Source of the DNA: a virus
IMG/VR virus record: IMGVR_UViG_3300021170_000008
Coordinates: 42,135-106,134 of that record
Reading direction: 5' to 3' (one strand)
Length of the DNA stretch: 64,000 nucleotides
The notes under the pieces: model-generated
Databases searched by the model: none
What the model saw: the letters and a program-made list of their open reading frames with translations, nothing else
Told to the model about the DNA's origin: nothing
Position numbers and translations under genes: made by a program
Shown here: positions 28,201 to 38,350 of the stretch, piece by piece
How positions within the stretch are numbered: position 1 is the first letter of the stretch
How the letters are laid out: every line of letters begins with the position of its first letter

Positions 28201-29687
28201 TTCCTATAGGTATAGGCATAGGAGTAGGCGTTCAAGGGCGCGTTGAACGATGTCGTGAAGGCATTCGGCCCGAATCCTCCGGCGATATAAATGTTCCCAA
28301 TCCAGAGAGTAATAGACGGATCTCCAACGGAGACGATCTGAAATCCGACTACATTGGCCCAGTTATACTTACCCTGACCGGCCAAACCAACCGGAAGGAA
28401 GTTCGGCTTGGGGATGTCAATCTCGGTCCAGACAGGTACGCTGGTAGACTGATCGGGACCAACTTGGGCCAATTCCTCTGCTTTAGCGGAAGTCGCTGTC
28501 GGATCGGCGATATCGAAATTACCGCTTACGCCAGTAGCGACATTAGTGGCGACTCCAGGAAGCGTCTGGGTTGCTGTAGCTAGTACCGATGCTTGCATTT
28601 GAAGCTGGCTCGGAAGAATCTCTTTTTCGTAGTAATCAGTTCCGGATGCGCTATTGACCATTACCCGGATACGGAGATCGGTGAGTAGGTCAGGCTGGGA
28701 GATGCCGATAGCCACATGAACAACGTCGTCGGTTTCATATCCGTCGTCCGGCTGACCGTCAAAATTAGCCGGTACCGGACTGACAGATCCACCCGGCAAT
28801 GGGATTACAGTTACGGTCCCAGGAGCAGCCGTGGGAGTGTCTGTTATGAATCCCGAGATGACCTGTTGGCCAGCTACCGGGGTCCCCGGAAGGTAGACCT
28901 GGAATGACGTACTCGTGGTCTGTTCTACGATCCCAAGGTTGATGGCTCCGACCTTAACTAATAGGCCGACAATAATACCTGACATGGAGACAGGAGTTAT
29001 GGCCACTAACCCAGGGCCGGTTCCTGATACAGATAAGATAGTCGTATTGATTCTGGAGTTATTATCTACAACCGCAAGCGGAGTGCCTGCGCCGTTCTGC
29101 GGCAAAAGTGTTATCTGATCAAGCCGTGCCTGTACTGGTTGCGTCGGAGGCAAGATCCCCCAGCGCTGAATAATCGTAGTCGGGATACCGCTGCCGTCTC
29201 CGCTGTTCAGGAATCCGGTATCTTTGAGCATTTTACGCTGAGCGCCGATGAAGGCGTACGGCGTACCGTTCGCGCCGGAGTTGTAGCGCGTCAGGGAGAA
29301 TCGCTGCTGGTCGTAGGTGGCTTGGACATCGGCGCAGTCCCCGGCCACGCTATGGAACGTCTGTGTGGCACCGGTGGGTGCTAGGGGACCGGTCGCTCGA
29401 AAGATCTCGCCGCCATTTCCACAGTAAAAAACATCCGTTGTCGATGATGTCCGGAGCTTATTGATGGTATGAATGAGAGACAGGCTGATCGGCCCAGTTT
29501 GCCGAATCCAGCCGGTATGAGCCGTAACTCGCCTATTCCCCGGTCGCTGAGTGATCACCCCCTCTTGGATGGATGTGATATTAGTGGCTTCCGATAGCTC
29601 CCCATCCTGTAGCTGCGCCACGTCTTTCTTTAGCACCAACCCCTTAACGGAGAATGGTACGACAACGGGATTGAACGGAGTAGGCAT
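25245..29687 (-). CDS. Large tail nozzle/stabilisation-like protein
   Basis: 1480 aa, beta-rich; follows adaptors; HVLYKSKNGRPEAFP propeller segment; repeated C-terminal sandwiches. Confidence 0.7.
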   Translation of the reverse strand: MPTPFNPVVVPFSVKGLVLKKDVAQLQDGELSEATNITSIQEGVITQRPGNRRVTAHTGWIRQTGPISLSLIHTINKLRTSSTTDVFYCGNGGEIFRATGPLAPTGATQTFHSVAGDCADVQATYDQQRFSLTRYNSGANGTPYAFIGAQRKMLKDTGFLNSGDGSGIPTTIIQRWGILPPTQPVQARLDQITLLPQNGAGTPLAVVDNNSRINTTILSVSGTGPGLVAITPVSMSGIIVGLLVKVGAINLGIVEQTTSTSFQVYLPGTPVAGQQVISGFITDTPTAAPGTVTVIPLPGGSVSPVPANFDGQPDDGYETDDVVHVAIGISQPDLLTDLRIRVMVNSASGTDYYEKEILPSQLQMQASVLATATQTLPGVATNVATGVSGNFDIADPTATSAKAEELAQVGPDQSTSVPVWTEIDIPKPNFLPVGLAGQGKYNWANVVGFQIVSVGDPSITLWIGNIYIAGGFGPNAFTTSFNAPLNAYSYAYTYRNTITGFESNPCTLMLDTNTVTPLRQRVKLTLISSSDNQISGAPANPSAPTTNNAAIAVYRSGGAFSDGLYRFLGYAINSVDINQIPQVVTFVDSQSDASIINAPIISFDNDPPVLSTLPTPLTASFVSYTAGTGKIGVNAFKVNIISGLSTTDLTSFLRVGSTLTIAPNTSKQETAYVIAVSPVTITAYFQYDHTDAATLGTSVFVSCDAVCAQPARFTVAAFDAVFCAGDQNNPHVLYKSKNGRPEAFPVEEFNTGVFDQINVGSPSNAIMNITEFNGEILCMNLEKLYLVAVFEGQMQSPVETLAERGLYGSMAWCRAQNEIWYLGYDGIYSWSGGRAVKRSEAIDPLFHGYTIGPYEPIDLTGNSNNPGAITGVTITSGGSFYGFAPQVVFSGGGGSGATATATVSGGQVTSVTITNGGSGYTSTPLVSFIEPGGSGASGTVQISLPEIAPKDIITMMYSKQRIYMVYAGISGSYHRLRYDMLYDRWSMEDIGDLDPHNPVGGVAVTAQYAEQDDGFRYDINSSQTVESNTLIAKSVTLTPNTTANLYFDDVGTSEGWINAYSDGAGIAYAFESAAYTAGQPSINKQFADYVLETNNDGGAINVQVTYDYSLTPDPTDSVTLAAGAAQGRRRIPQRFQNGFGKEAYAIQMRFSGTTTTNVNFYTNTFNVFSLDQIQVGRAFDWDDLGTPDDKRLYEISIWYDMKSTPHTWTMDTITGITNSQVVTQGVQSFTLEPLTGTFTGPSWTQVTFPINDGTIVKKIRLRPTTLDANAQIVRKYKISFEKYPPDVLFWTEWSDLGHPYEKVARNLVMNIDTAGVPCTIQIQADGTTRKTITVTTNFNDRERIIGLNSEQDPRLLVGRLWRIVLTPGNGGKAQVFTTGLDYIPEPAELVWYDSFETNMGYPGWKALKECWLTYWSSGPLTVTFYVENAVEFYQLVLPAHANRDTERFYFPAKLDGVLNKSRNYRFQLSTPCPDPGSATS

Positions 29688-29920
29688 TAAGACATCCTGG
29701 TGGCGAGATACGTGAAAGCTCCCCCTGAATTCAGGTAGACCCCGCCCACGGGAACACCGGCTGCGCTGGCGGCAGCGTCGCTAGCAGCGATAACAAACGG
29801 AGTCACCACAACACCAGAACCCAAACCAAGCACCGTGTCAGTTGTTTGCGCGAATGTGGCGGATTGGGCTAGATCTTCCACGTAGAGCGGCCTGGGCTGT
29901 ACTGTAATTGCATCTGGCAT
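29687..29920 (-). CDS. Small virion protein
   Basis: DAAASAAGVPVGGVY motif; coupled. Confidence 0.6.
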   Translation of the reverse strand: MPDAITVQPRPLYVEDLAQSATFAQTTDTVLGLGSGVVVTPFVIAASDAAASAAGVPVGGVYLNSGGAFTYLATRMS

Positions 29921-30747
29921 TATTGTGCATTCTCCTGTTCAAAGGCTTGGCTCATTATAGCCCCAAATAAGTTAATCCCCTCAGTGTAGCGAGCATTCGC
30001 GTAGACGGCCTTAAATTCGTCCTTTTGCTCTCCGTCCTGAGACCATATTCTTGCCAAGATTCCGTACTTTATATACGGCGTAGCGCTATCCGGAATCAAG
30101 TCGATAGTGTCTCCCAGTTGCCAGTTTGTGATCTTCCTGGGGATCGCTGTTGCTATCGTTTCTAGATTCGTAACAGAGACCGTCATCGATGCGATAGTCC
30201 CAAATAGTGGCGTCAGAGTCTCCAGGTAAGGCGTTCCGGAAAATCCATTTATGGTTCCAAAAAGGCCAGCAGGTGGTCCTATGATCTGGAGATCGTTCGT
30301 ATTTGAAGTCGCGGCGATCTGACCATATAGACCTTGACCAAGTAGCGTATTTACTGGATCTCCGTTTTCATTTGGTATTGGGCTCACTTGAAGCTGTTTG
30401 GCCTGAACTTCGTCCTGCTTCCAGGTTGTAGGGACATCAGTGGTACCAGCCCAGATTGAATCGGAGTTGTCCAAGTAGAATGTACTTGTGCGATGCAGGT
30501 AGGACTGGTCGTACGCTGCATAGACAGTATCGCTTACGTAATCGCTGATCGTATAAGTATCAACCCCAGCCTGAACATCGATGCAGTTTAATTTTTTAGC
30601 GAGACTTACTTTGGTCATGAAATCGTTGACCACTTCGCCGAACCATCCCAGAAAGTCGTTAACAGTGATGAGACCGAGCACGAGCCCGCCCGGTTCTAAC
30701 AGTTCGTCGCAAATTTGAAGATAAACATCCCGTACTTGCGTAGCCAT
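29920..30747 (-). CDS. Head-tail adaptor-like protein
   Basis: Position; IDVQAGVDTY, LQVSPIP pattern. Confidence 0.6.
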   Translation of the reverse strand: MATQVRDVYLQICDELLEPGGLVLGLITVNDFLGWFGEVVNDFMTKVSLAKKLNCIDVQAGVDTYTISDYVSDTVYAAYDQSYLHRTSTFYLDNSDSIWAGTTDVPTTWKQDEVQAKQLQVSPIPNENGDPVNTLLGQGLYGQIAATSNTNDLQIIGPPAGLFGTINGFSGTPYLETLTPLFGTIASMTVSVTNLETIATAIPRKITNWQLGDTIDLIPDSATPYIKYGILARIWSQDGEQKDEFKAVYANARYTEGINLFGAIMSQAFEQENAQ

Positions 30748-30750
30748 GGA

Positions 30751-31404
30751 CTAATCTTTCTGAACTGTCTCCGGGATGTAAAATTTTGGCATAACGGTTC
30801 CGCGCCAGATACTTGCTCGTTTCATGATATGGAGATACTGCTGGTAGTAAGCCGCAGACTGTTTGAATAGCGCCGCCGTCTCTTTGATCGTGACTACCTG
30901 GGAAGCCATCAATACCACTGGGTCAGTATACTCATTGGGGATCACAACAGTGTCCGTGTCATTCACCAGAAGCGCCGGTTCTGCTACCCCGGTCATCGTT
31001 AGAGCGGCTCCGCCGAGTGAGTCAGCAGGATGTATAGCGAACTTCTTAAAACCGCAGGGGACCCATTGGGACACCGGCAAGGCGGTGTTGTCTGTAGTAT
31101 CCCTAACCCAAGTAGCGTTTGACTTACCGATCTGGTTGGCGAAGGTCTTCTGGAGGTAGGTATCTTCGAACTGGACTCTGATAGGTATGAAGATCGATTC
31201 CGGAACGTCGTACCACACGCGCCCTGGTTCGGTTATTCCAGTGCCGACCGGAACGGTCGTCTGGATCATCCCGGTGAAGTTATTAAAGCAGCGGATACAC
31301 TCGTTGATAGCGTTAGTTAGCTCAGATTCCGCGTAGAAGAGTCGATTGTCATCGATACGTGAAAATACGCGGTTTTTGAGTTGTAGGAGCGTGACCGTTG
31401 GCAC
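30751..31404 (-). CDS. Head-tail adaptor-like protein
   Basis: TLLQLKNRV..ELTNAINE; FAIHPAD. Confidence 0.65.
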   Translation of the reverse strand: MPTVTLLQLKNRVFSRIDDNRLFYAESELTNAINECIRCFNNFTGMIQTTVPVGTGITEPGRVWYDVPESIFIPIRVQFEDTYLQKTFANQIGKSNATWVRDTTDNTALPVSQWVPCGFKKFAIHPADSLGGAALTMTGVAEPALLVNDTDTVVIPNEYTDPVVLMASQVVTIKETAALFKQSAAYYQQYLHIMKRASIWRGTVMPKFYIPETVQKD

Positions 31405-31415
31405 GTCGCCTCATC

Positions 31416-31727
31416 TTACTTCCCGATAATATCGCCGCGATTAAACGTCTTGCCGCCGGGCTCGTTCATGCGCTGCCACGATCTCCGCCGGACTTCGTTC
31501 TCGCCGAAGATGTGCCGCACAAACTCTTCTTCGCGACGTTCCCACTCAGGCTCCGCAGGCCCACGTACCGCAGCAGACAGTGGCGTTGTCGGGCTGTAGC
31601 TGGTCATGTCGTCGATAGGACTGAGATAGTCCTCGAAGTGCCGACCTGAGAGATGATCTGAGGTGACATCTGGCTTCGGTGGTTCGTATCCAGGGACAGG
31701 AGCTACTTGTGCTTTACGGTTACCCAT
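31416..31727 (-). CDS. Hypothetical protein
   Basis: ORF in operon. Confidence 0.55.
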   Translation of the reverse strand: MGNRKAQVAPVPGYEPPKPDVTSDHLSGRHFEDYLSPIDDMTSYSPTTPLSAAVRGPAEPEWERREEEFVRHIFGENEVRRRSWQRMNEPGGKTFNRGDIIGK

Positions 31728-31749
31728 AAGTATTGCTCAGAAGTATTCG

Positions 31750-31890
31750 TTAATACCTGCTAGCCTTGCGGCCCTTTTTGCCGCGTTTCTTTTTCATGTC
31801 GTGGCCGAACTGTCCCATACTTCCGCCTGATCCGCCAGCCATGCCATCGTTTCCACGGCCTTTCATGACTTTCTTTTTGCGTTTTGCCAT
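31750..31890 (-). CDS. Small basic peptide (46 aa)
   Basis: SD GAGGT; MAKRKKKV..KKKRGKKGRKASRY. Confidence 0.7.
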   Translation of the reverse strand: MAKRKKKVMKGRGNDGMAGGSGGSMGQFGHDMKKKRGKKGRKASRY

Positions 31891-31921
31891 TTATTACCTC
31901 CCCGCTATTATTATCGGATAG

Positions 31922-33079
31922 CTAGAACATCCAGTCTCCGTCCGCCGAAATTGCGTGATCTTGCTCGTAATTCGAACCCCGTACTCCCCAAGCATCGAAG
32001 TTCCAGGTATAGTCGGTCTGCGCCTTCGAGTTGTCAGCGTTAATTAAATCAGCTACCCCGCGTTCGAACTTCTGCTCGTAATCGTCGGCAGCTTTGGGGT
32101 TGTACCACGGATCGTCAAACTTGGGAGGCTGAGGGAACTTCATACGGAAAGCGTCCGCCAGAGCGCCGTGGATCAGAACCGTAGGGTTCAAGAAGTATGG
32201 CGGACGATCTCCTGGGGCAACCATGTCTTTCCACTGCTTGTAGTATGCGAAGTACAAATTGTACTGGACTAAGCTTGGTGGATAGATTTCGTACTGCATA
32301 TTCCCTTGGGCATTGGGGATATAGTCAGCCAACCAGATCGGTGAATTTGAGTTCTGCCTAATAGGATCGTTTGAATTCAGCCATTTTTGCGGAACGTGAA
32401 TGTTCAACGGTAGCGGCTGGATCGGGTCTATGACGAAAAAGATCTCCTTGATGTCGCTTGCCAGCGTCGTGTACGCCAGGACTATCTGATACCCGGCGTC
32501 GGTCAGCGTCGTCGCGCCCCAGGCGTTGTCCAGGATCAAGCCGGTTGAGCTAGTAACGCCCAGGATCGTGTAGTACGGGTTATTCGAGCTTATAAGTAAC
32601 TGAAGATTGGCCAGGGAACTTTGAGTAGCCGTACAGCCGCCGTTGTGAGATACCTGGAAATTAGCCAGTGCCTGCGTGCCTCTAATTTGCTGGATCGTAA
32701 CAATCTCCGGGGTACCAGTGGCATCGACATATAAGATGGAGTTATCGTTGATGTTCGACATCGACGCCGGAGTGAACCACTGGTTGCCTGGGCGCGTGAT
32801 TCCGTTCGGGATGATTGTATTTACGACATCGGAGACAGGCCATGCCGTGGCGGTCCCGGTGACTATATTTGAGCCCGTTGTTAGTGTGACTCCACCGGTG
32901 GTGTAGGCCGCAGGGATCGACAGAACGCCACGCGCCGCGAGTCCAGCCCAGTAGGGACGACGATCTAAGATGGTTCTAATTCTGTCGTTCAGTAAATCAA
33001 TTCCCAAAGAACGATCCAGATTTGGCCGACTACGTATAAGTCTCCCGAGCAATGTTGCGCACGTGTCCGGATACTGCAC
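31922..33079 (-). CDS. Adaptor/neck-like structural protein
   Basis: Position after capsid; EIYPP, LIHGALADA. Confidence 0.6.
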   Translation of the reverse strand: MQYPDTCATLLGRLIRSRPNLDRSLGIDLLNDRIRTILDRRPYWAGLAARGVLSIPAAYTTGGVTLTTGSNIVTGTATAWPVSDVVNTIIPNGITRPGNQWFTPASMSNINDNSILYVDATGTPEIVTIQQIRGTQALANFQVSHNGGCTATQSSLANLQLLISSNNPYYTILGVTSSTGLILDNAWGATTLTDAGYQIVLAYTTLASDIKEIFFVIDPIQPLPLNIHVPQKWLNSNDPIRQNSNSPIWLADYIPNAQGNMQYEIYPPSLVQYNLYFAYYKQWKDMVAPGDRPPYFLNPTVLIHGALADAFRMKFPQPPKFDDPWYNPKAADDYEQKFERGVADLINADNSKAQTDYTWNFDAWGVRGSNYEQDHAISADGDWMF

Positions 33080-33080
33080 C

Positions 33081-33743
33081 TTATGCCGCCTCCCACTGAA
33101 CGGTGGCTAGGCGGTACTGGAGCGTGCGGATTTCTTCTAGCGTGAGGGGATCGTTCTGATAATTGTTAAGGTGGAGAACAAAGCGATGACACCGGACGCA
33201 GGCCGTAAGACCGTTAGCTACATCAAAACGGAGACCAGGATGACTAGCGAAAGTTTTAATGTGATGAGCGTGTAGTCGCCCTCCACGCTCCCGGCAAATC
33301 TGACAGGTATAATCGTCGCGAACCAAGACCGCCTTAATCCATTCCCTGCCCTGCGTGGATTCTCTCTGTCTTTTTTTTTCTGGAGTTACTCCACCCTTCC
33401 AGTTAATATTAGCCGACCCTCGGACCTGTTCCGAAGAAAATATATTTCCGCCTGGAATAGGCCCGTACTTGGAAAATATAGCCTTACCGCTAGCTATAGA
33501 CTTCTTAAGCCTCTCGGGGCGCACATTAGAGCAACGGTTACATAAACCGAGATTTGGCTGATCTCGGTCATACTGTACGACGCGAGTATATCCGCAGTCT
33601 GGGCAGGTTAGTGGACCGATTATGCCGGTTTTTCTTAGATGAGACCTCTGTTCTGCTAGTTGCTTTCTCTTAGCCACAGAGGCTGCTATCCCGGACTTAT
33701 AGCCATTCGTCTCCGTAGTCCGTTTAGCCGAGCAAGATACCAT
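33081..33743 (-). CDS. HNH endonuclease
   Basis: NWKGG; RDDYTCQIC..HAHHI..NGLTAC..CH. Confidence 0.9.
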   Translation of the reverse strand: MVSCSAKRTTETNGYKSGIAASVAKRKQLAEQRSHLRKTGIIGPLTCPDCGYTRVVQYDRDQPNLGLCNRCSNVRPERLKKSIASGKAIFSKYGPIPGGNIFSSEQVRGSANINWKGGVTPEKKRQRESTQGREWIKAVLVRDDYTCQICRERGGRLHAHHIKTFASHPGLRFDVANGLTACVRCHRFVLHLNNYQNDPLTLEEIRTLQYRLATVQWEAA

Positions 33744-33758
33744 AGAAGTACTTGAGTA

Positions 33759-34517
33759 TCAATCAGCTACAACAAAAAAGTTAGTTGAGTCTGTGATGAT
33801 TGTTGCGTTTTGACCGGCAGTGAGAGTGATCGCCGCAGCGCCAGAAATTTGACCTGAAGCTGGAGTAGCCGTTACTGTTCCCGTCGCATGGATAGTAAAA
33901 GGTTTGCCTCTTACGTATCCAGCCGGTGCCGGTATTGTAAGAGCACCAGCGCCACTAACTACCCAACGGTCACGTACCGTAAGCGTCGCCGGTGGAGTAG
34001 GCGTGCTGATCTGATACTCCGGGTCCCGAGTCATAGTAAACCAGTTAGTCCCGTCCGTCATGCAGGTGAAGTCTTCCTGCGACATGATCGTTTGACTACC
34101 TGGGGTAGCTACACCATCCAATGAACCTGCTGCCGTAGAAATCGTAACTGGTTGCGCGGTTGCTTTGATGTCGTATTGGTGTTGCGAAAGCGCCGTAGAG
34201 GGAGCAGGTAGCGTCACCGTCCCCGCAGCCGTAATGAACAGGTACCGGTCAGAAGAAGCTAGCGTTGCAGATCCAGCCACTGTCCTGGTAGCGGTACCTC
34301 CGCCAGTAATCGGACCAGACGTGAATACTGGGCTAGATCCAGCGGTAGTACACACCCAGAACGCAGGTGCGCCGATTGTGCCACTTAAATTGAGGATCAG
34401 ATCCCCAAGCTGAATGACGCCACTAGTGTTGGTCGTTGGAATATCCGCCGCTCCGGTATCGGTAGCGAAGACATTCTGTCTGCCGAATTGGAATTCTTTT
34501 GCGTCTAATAGCGCCAT
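33759..34517 (-). CDS. Putative capsid decoration/structural protein
   Basis: Repeated TLP..I..TDGTNW modules. Confidence 0.55.
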   Translation of the reverse strand: MALLDAKEFQFGRQNVFATDTGAADIPTTNTSGVIQLGDLILNLSGTIGAPAFWVCTTAGSSPVFTSGPITGGGTATRTVAGSATLASSDRYLFITAAGTVTLPAPSTALSQHQYDIKATAQPVTISTAAGSLDGVATPGSQTIMSQEDFTCMTDGTNWFTMTRDPEYQISTPTPPATLTVRDRWVVSGAGALTIPAPAGYVRGKPFTIHATGTVTATPASGQISGAAAITLTAGQNATIITDSTNFFVVAD

Positions 34518-34535
34518 GATTTATTCGGCCTCCGC

Positions 34536-35171
34536 TTACTGCGTATTTATTGCGTGGAAATTAGTTCCGTCCGTAAACACCGTAAAGCTCTTTAAGGTGG
34601 TGAGTGTGAACGAAGCGGTTGTGTCCACCGTCCCAGAAACTGGTGTCAGCGTTAACGATCCAGTGCTCTCATTTATGATCGTGTACGGCCTTCCGATACC
34701 CAGCGTAGTCGGGATCGTTACCGTAGCCGCCGCGCTCAAGATCAAATAGCGTGTATTTGGCGAAAGCGTCGTCGCGCCAGCAGCGGTCGTTATACCGGTA
34801 GCGGCACCACCGGGGGTAATGGCTCGCCAGACGCTGTTCGCTGCATCAGCCTCCAGCCACACCGCATCGCCGCTATTAGAGATCAACGCAACGTCGCAAG
34901 TATCCCCTGAAGCCGGAGTAATAGTCGTCGGGAACTGGGCGATGTTCTTGATCAGTAGAGTGTACCCGTCACTGATCCCAGGAGTCGTTCCAGGAGTTCC
35001 CGGAGCCGTCGGCGGGACCTGATTGATCTTCGGTAGCGTCACCGTTCCACCTGCGGCCAAGTTCTGGATCAGGTACATCGGAGTTGGCGTTTGGCTGGGT
35101 CCGGTACCGAGAACTAAGGCAACATTGGTGTTGATGAGATTGTTGTATCCGGTGTTTGTAAAACTATACAT
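34536..35171 (-). CDS. Putative capsid decoration/structural protein
   Basis: Same repeated module as neighbour. Confidence 0.55.
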   Translation of the reverse strand: MYSFTNTGYNNLINTNVALVLGTGPSQTPTPMYLIQNLAAGGTVTLPKINQVPPTAPGTPGTTPGISDGYTLLIKNIAQFPTTITPASGDTCDVALISNSGDAVWLEADAANSVWRAITPGGAATGITTAAGATTLSPNTRYLILSAAATVTIPTTLGIGRPYTIINESTGSLTLTPVSGTVDTTASFTLTTLKSFTVFTDGTNFHAINTQ

Positions 35172-35184
35172 TTAATGAACCTCG

Positions 35185-36192
35185 TTAATTGATTGACTGC
35201 TTGCCTTTCTCCGGCACGGCGTCTACCGTAGCCTTGAATAACTCCGCAAAAGATCCCTTTGGCTTCTTACTGGATTTTCTGGATTCGATCATTCTGCGCT
35301 TTTCTATGGTGGTAAAATCCACCGAAGTAACATACGATCCGCCCCAGAATACTTCCCGGTTAAATTCCAACGGCTCCGGCCTGACAGCGCCGGGCATACA
35401 CCAATATGCACATACCTTTTCCATGTACTTGTGAACCAAGGAGTGCTCGAACTTACGCAATACGGCTAAGTTTTCTACACGATTGTCCAACTTGATGAGA
35501 TTCAAGTGGTGAACCACTTCGTCGATCTCCAGATATCTACCAATAGCCGACTCAGCCACATAGCGGTGCTCTGACACATATCCTTCCGGATTGGCACCAG
35601 GATGTCCCGGCATCTGGATTTTACGATAACCCTGACATTCAAACCGGTAGGTATATTTTTTCCTGTTTGCCTCAAGCCTTCTGCTGGCGACTTCGGATCT
35701 ATCGATACCCAGGCCATATCGGATAATGTTGGTTCTGACGGTGGATTCGCCACATCCAAAATGCTTGCAGATTTCCCCCATGGTCTGTTTTTTATTAACG
35801 TACATCTCGTGGAGTTCTTCGCGCGGAATCTCGTGGACGACTAGCGCTGTCTCCCGCCTGATCCCATGCCTTTTCCGATAAATGGCCACAGTTACATTAC
35901 TCACGCCAAGCTGGCGACCAATTTCAGCATCCGTCAATTTTTGGTCAATATATAGTGCCCGCAGTTCGTCAGCCGTCAATTTAAACTTCCTGGGCGGAGC
36001 TACGTACGGCAGGCGGTCTACCTTTAGCCGAAGGGCGATCTCTTTCTGGATACCGTACTCCTTCAAGCGCTTCTCCACTACGCCGCCAGAGACGCCAAAA
36101 TACTTGGCGATGTGCGTCACCTTCATATTCCGGGTAATGTACATCTCCCGGAGCGTCTCTGCGGTTTCGTTGAATGTTCTTGGTCTGGCCAT
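35185..36192 (-). CDS. HNH endonuclease with three N-terminal HTH repeats
   Basis: LREMY..IAK.FGVS-type repeats; GYVSEHRYV..EVVHHLN..KLDNRVENL. Confidence 0.88.
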   Translation of the reverse strand: MARPRTFNETAETLREMYITRNMKVTHIAKYFGVSGGVVEKRLKEYGIQKEIALRLKVDRLPYVAPPRKFKLTADELRALYIDQKLTDAEIGRQLGVSNVTVAIYRKRHGIRRETALVVHEIPREELHEMYVNKKQTMGEICKHFGCGESTVRTNIIRYGLGIDRSEVASRRLEANRKKYTYRFECQGYRKIQMPGHPGANPEGYVSEHRYVAESAIGRYLEIDEVVHHLNLIKLDNRVENLAVLRKFEHSLVHKYMEKVCAYWCMPGAVRPEPLEFNREVFWGGSYVTSVDFTTIEKRRMIESRKSSKKPKGSFAELFKATVDAVPEKGKQSIN

Positions 36193-36232
36193 AATTGATG
36201 ATCTCACGTTTTGTGTGGATCGTCAAGTTATA

Positions 36233-37318
36233 TTACAACAATGAGGTGCCCACGAGCTTAGCCGAGGTTCTGGGATTAGCGCAGACCAAATTTCCAGCCC
36301 AAACGAACTGCCCTGCTACGTCGAGAGATTGCTGCGCTTCCTTGAATCCAGTGAACCCAAACTGCGCCGATTTCGCATCAGAACTGAACATTTCGAGGTA
36401 GTTGGTGTTCAAAAGTAGCATGACCCCGTTAACAGAATCTGACGGCAAATATTTGTCTACGACGACAGTGCTCGCGTTGAACTGGAACGCATTGAAACCG
36501 ATCTTCCCCACGTCCGTGCCGCTGGCGTCCATGTTGTAGCGCTGGAGCGGCTGGATCGAGTTCCACATCCGGTTGTAGCCGGTCTGCGTGGTCGTGATCA
36601 GGTCCGGAAAATCTCTTCCAAACCAAGCGTTTCCGTATGCCGTATTTACGTCATTTAGCGTAAATGGGCTGAACGACCGGTTGGTATAGGAGTTTAATCC
36701 CTGGATCGCACTAGTAGGCGTCGTCGCGCCGGTGAACACCGGGGCCGTGGTGAAGAAGTCGGATCTCGTCTGTCCGCCGACCGCTAAGAACGACTTGGTC
36801 GAATCCGTGGCCGTCGAGTACGATCCGGAGCTATTCCCGTCGTCTACCCAGGCCAGAAGTCCATCAAGTGACTTCGTACCAGACAGAGCGCCGGTAAACG
36901 GCGGTGCTACAGAGGACTGACCGTCCTGGTAGAGCGCCGTCGCGATCAGCTTAGCCATCGTCATCGAAGCGTTAGCGAACTTCGACTCGACGATTGAGAA
37001 TGCCGCCTGCGGACCACGGTTTAAGATGTTATCGATGAAGTACAGGCTGACGTTTACGTAAACCGTCTTCACGTTCACCGTTACCGCCGTGTCGGTGGTA
37101 ACGTAGGCGATATTTATAGCATCGCCCTTCCCGAACCAGTCTCCGTTAAGCTGTGCGTATATCAACGGAGACTGGATGTAGGTACCACCCGCGAATCGCA
37201 TTCTCCGGCGTCCCAACATCCGCGCCAGAAGTGGCGACTCTTTAAAAATTACATCGGTCGTTCTCTCGACGATGTACTGCTCTGTATAAGCAGTCAGATC
37301 CGATAGCGATAGCGCCAT
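36233..37318 (-). CDS. Major capsid protein
   Basis: 361 aa after scaffold; DVIFKESPLL, GFNAFQFN..VVVD, GNLVCANPR. Confidence 0.8.
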   Translation of the reverse strand: MALSLSDLTAYTEQYIVERTTDVIFKESPLLARMLGRRRMRFAGGTYIQSPLIYAQLNGDWFGKGDAINIAYVTTDTAVTVNVKTVYVNVSLYFIDNILNRGPQAAFSIVESKFANASMTMAKLIATALYQDGQSSVAPPFTGALSGTKSLDGLLAWVDDGNSSGSYSTATDSTKSFLAVGGQTRSDFFTTAPVFTGATTPTSAIQGLNSYTNRSFSPFTLNDVNTAYGNAWFGRDFPDLITTTQTGYNRMWNSIQPLQRYNMDASGTDVGKIGFNAFQFNASTVVVDKYLPSDSVNGVMLLLNTNYLEMFSSDAKSAQFGFTGFKEAQQSLDVAGQFVWAGNLVCANPRTSAKLVGTSLL

Positions 37319-37389
37319 GATTTAGGCTCCCAATTCCCCTTAATTTTGACTAAACTTCGAACCTTCTCGTGGCGTACGCTGCCGCAAAA

Positions 37390-38325
37390 CTAACTTGCGC
37401 GTCGTTCCGCCTGCTTCCTCATGTATTCCCGAGCGGCGAATGCCGCGACACTGCCGTCACCCAATGGAACATCCGGAATCTTTGGCGCTTCACCATCCGC
37501 CGGTGCGCTCGGGACCAATTGCTTCTGGAGTACACCTAACTCTGGTCCACCCATATCCACCGGCCCGCCAGAATTCTGCCCCATCGCCTGCGCCTTTAAT
37601 CTTTCTGTCTTTTCTTCTGCGGCTTTCAGCTTAGCGTCGGTCTCTTCCTGTAATTTCTTCATTTCAGCGTCGTGCTTCTCTTGCATGGCTTTTTGACGCC
37701 GCTCAACCACCCAGTCCTTCTCATAGAAGTCACGGAGGTCGAAATTATTCTTTTCTGCTGCTGCCTTCACGAGCGGCTTAGGATCAAGCACTTCCCCGAA
37801 CTCGGCTTGGTGCTTCTGCATGATATACGGAACATCTAACGCTGCTGTCGCCACCGGTTGGGTATACGATTTAACGTAATCCGTCAGGGATGTTTCTTTT
37901 TCTTTAAGTGTCTTTTCCAGCCCAGCGTTCGTCACCAGACCCTTATCCTTCATGAAGCCTTCAGACCACTGCCCAAGCTGTTCGAATGTCATTTGATCCC
38001 CCTGTCCCAAAGCTGCCTGCCGAGCCGTCTCCAGATCCGTCTCCAGCGCCTGGATCTTCTCGGCCTTTTCAAATTCGGACTTCGTCATCTTCTGTTCGTC
38101 CAACCAGTAATCGTCGCGCCACTTCTTCCATTGCTGAGCGAGATTCACGTCTCCGCGAACTTCGTCCATCTTGCGCGAAAATTCCGACTGTGCCAGTACG
38201 GAATCCCGAATCTTTGGGATCTTTTGCCCTAGTTCCTCCATTGCCTTTCGTACCGGACCCTTAAATTCAAATTCTTCATCCGGTAGCGTCTCTAGCAATA
38301 GTTCGAAACTACTCTTACCTGCCAT
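37390..38325 (-). CDS. Putative scaffolding protein
   Basis: Charged coiled coil, QSEFSRKM motif; just upstream of MCP. Confidence 0.65.
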   Translation of the reverse strand: MAGKSSFELLLETLPDEEFEFKGPVRKAMEELGQKIPKIRDSVLAQSEFSRKMDEVRGDVNLAQQWKKWRDDYWLDEQKMTKSEFEKAEKIQALETDLETARQAALGQGDQMTFEQLGQWSEGFMKDKGLVTNAGLEKTLKEKETSLTDYVKSYTQPVATAALDVPYIMQKHQAEFGEVLDPKPLVKAAAEKNNFDLRDFYEKDWVVERRQKAMQEKHDAEMKKLQEETDAKLKAAEEKTERLKAQAMGQNSGGPVDMGGPELGVLQKQLVPSAPADGEAPKIPDVPLGDGSVAAFAAREYMRKQAERRAS

Positions 38326-38350
38326 AAATCACCTCCAGCTAAGTCTTAGA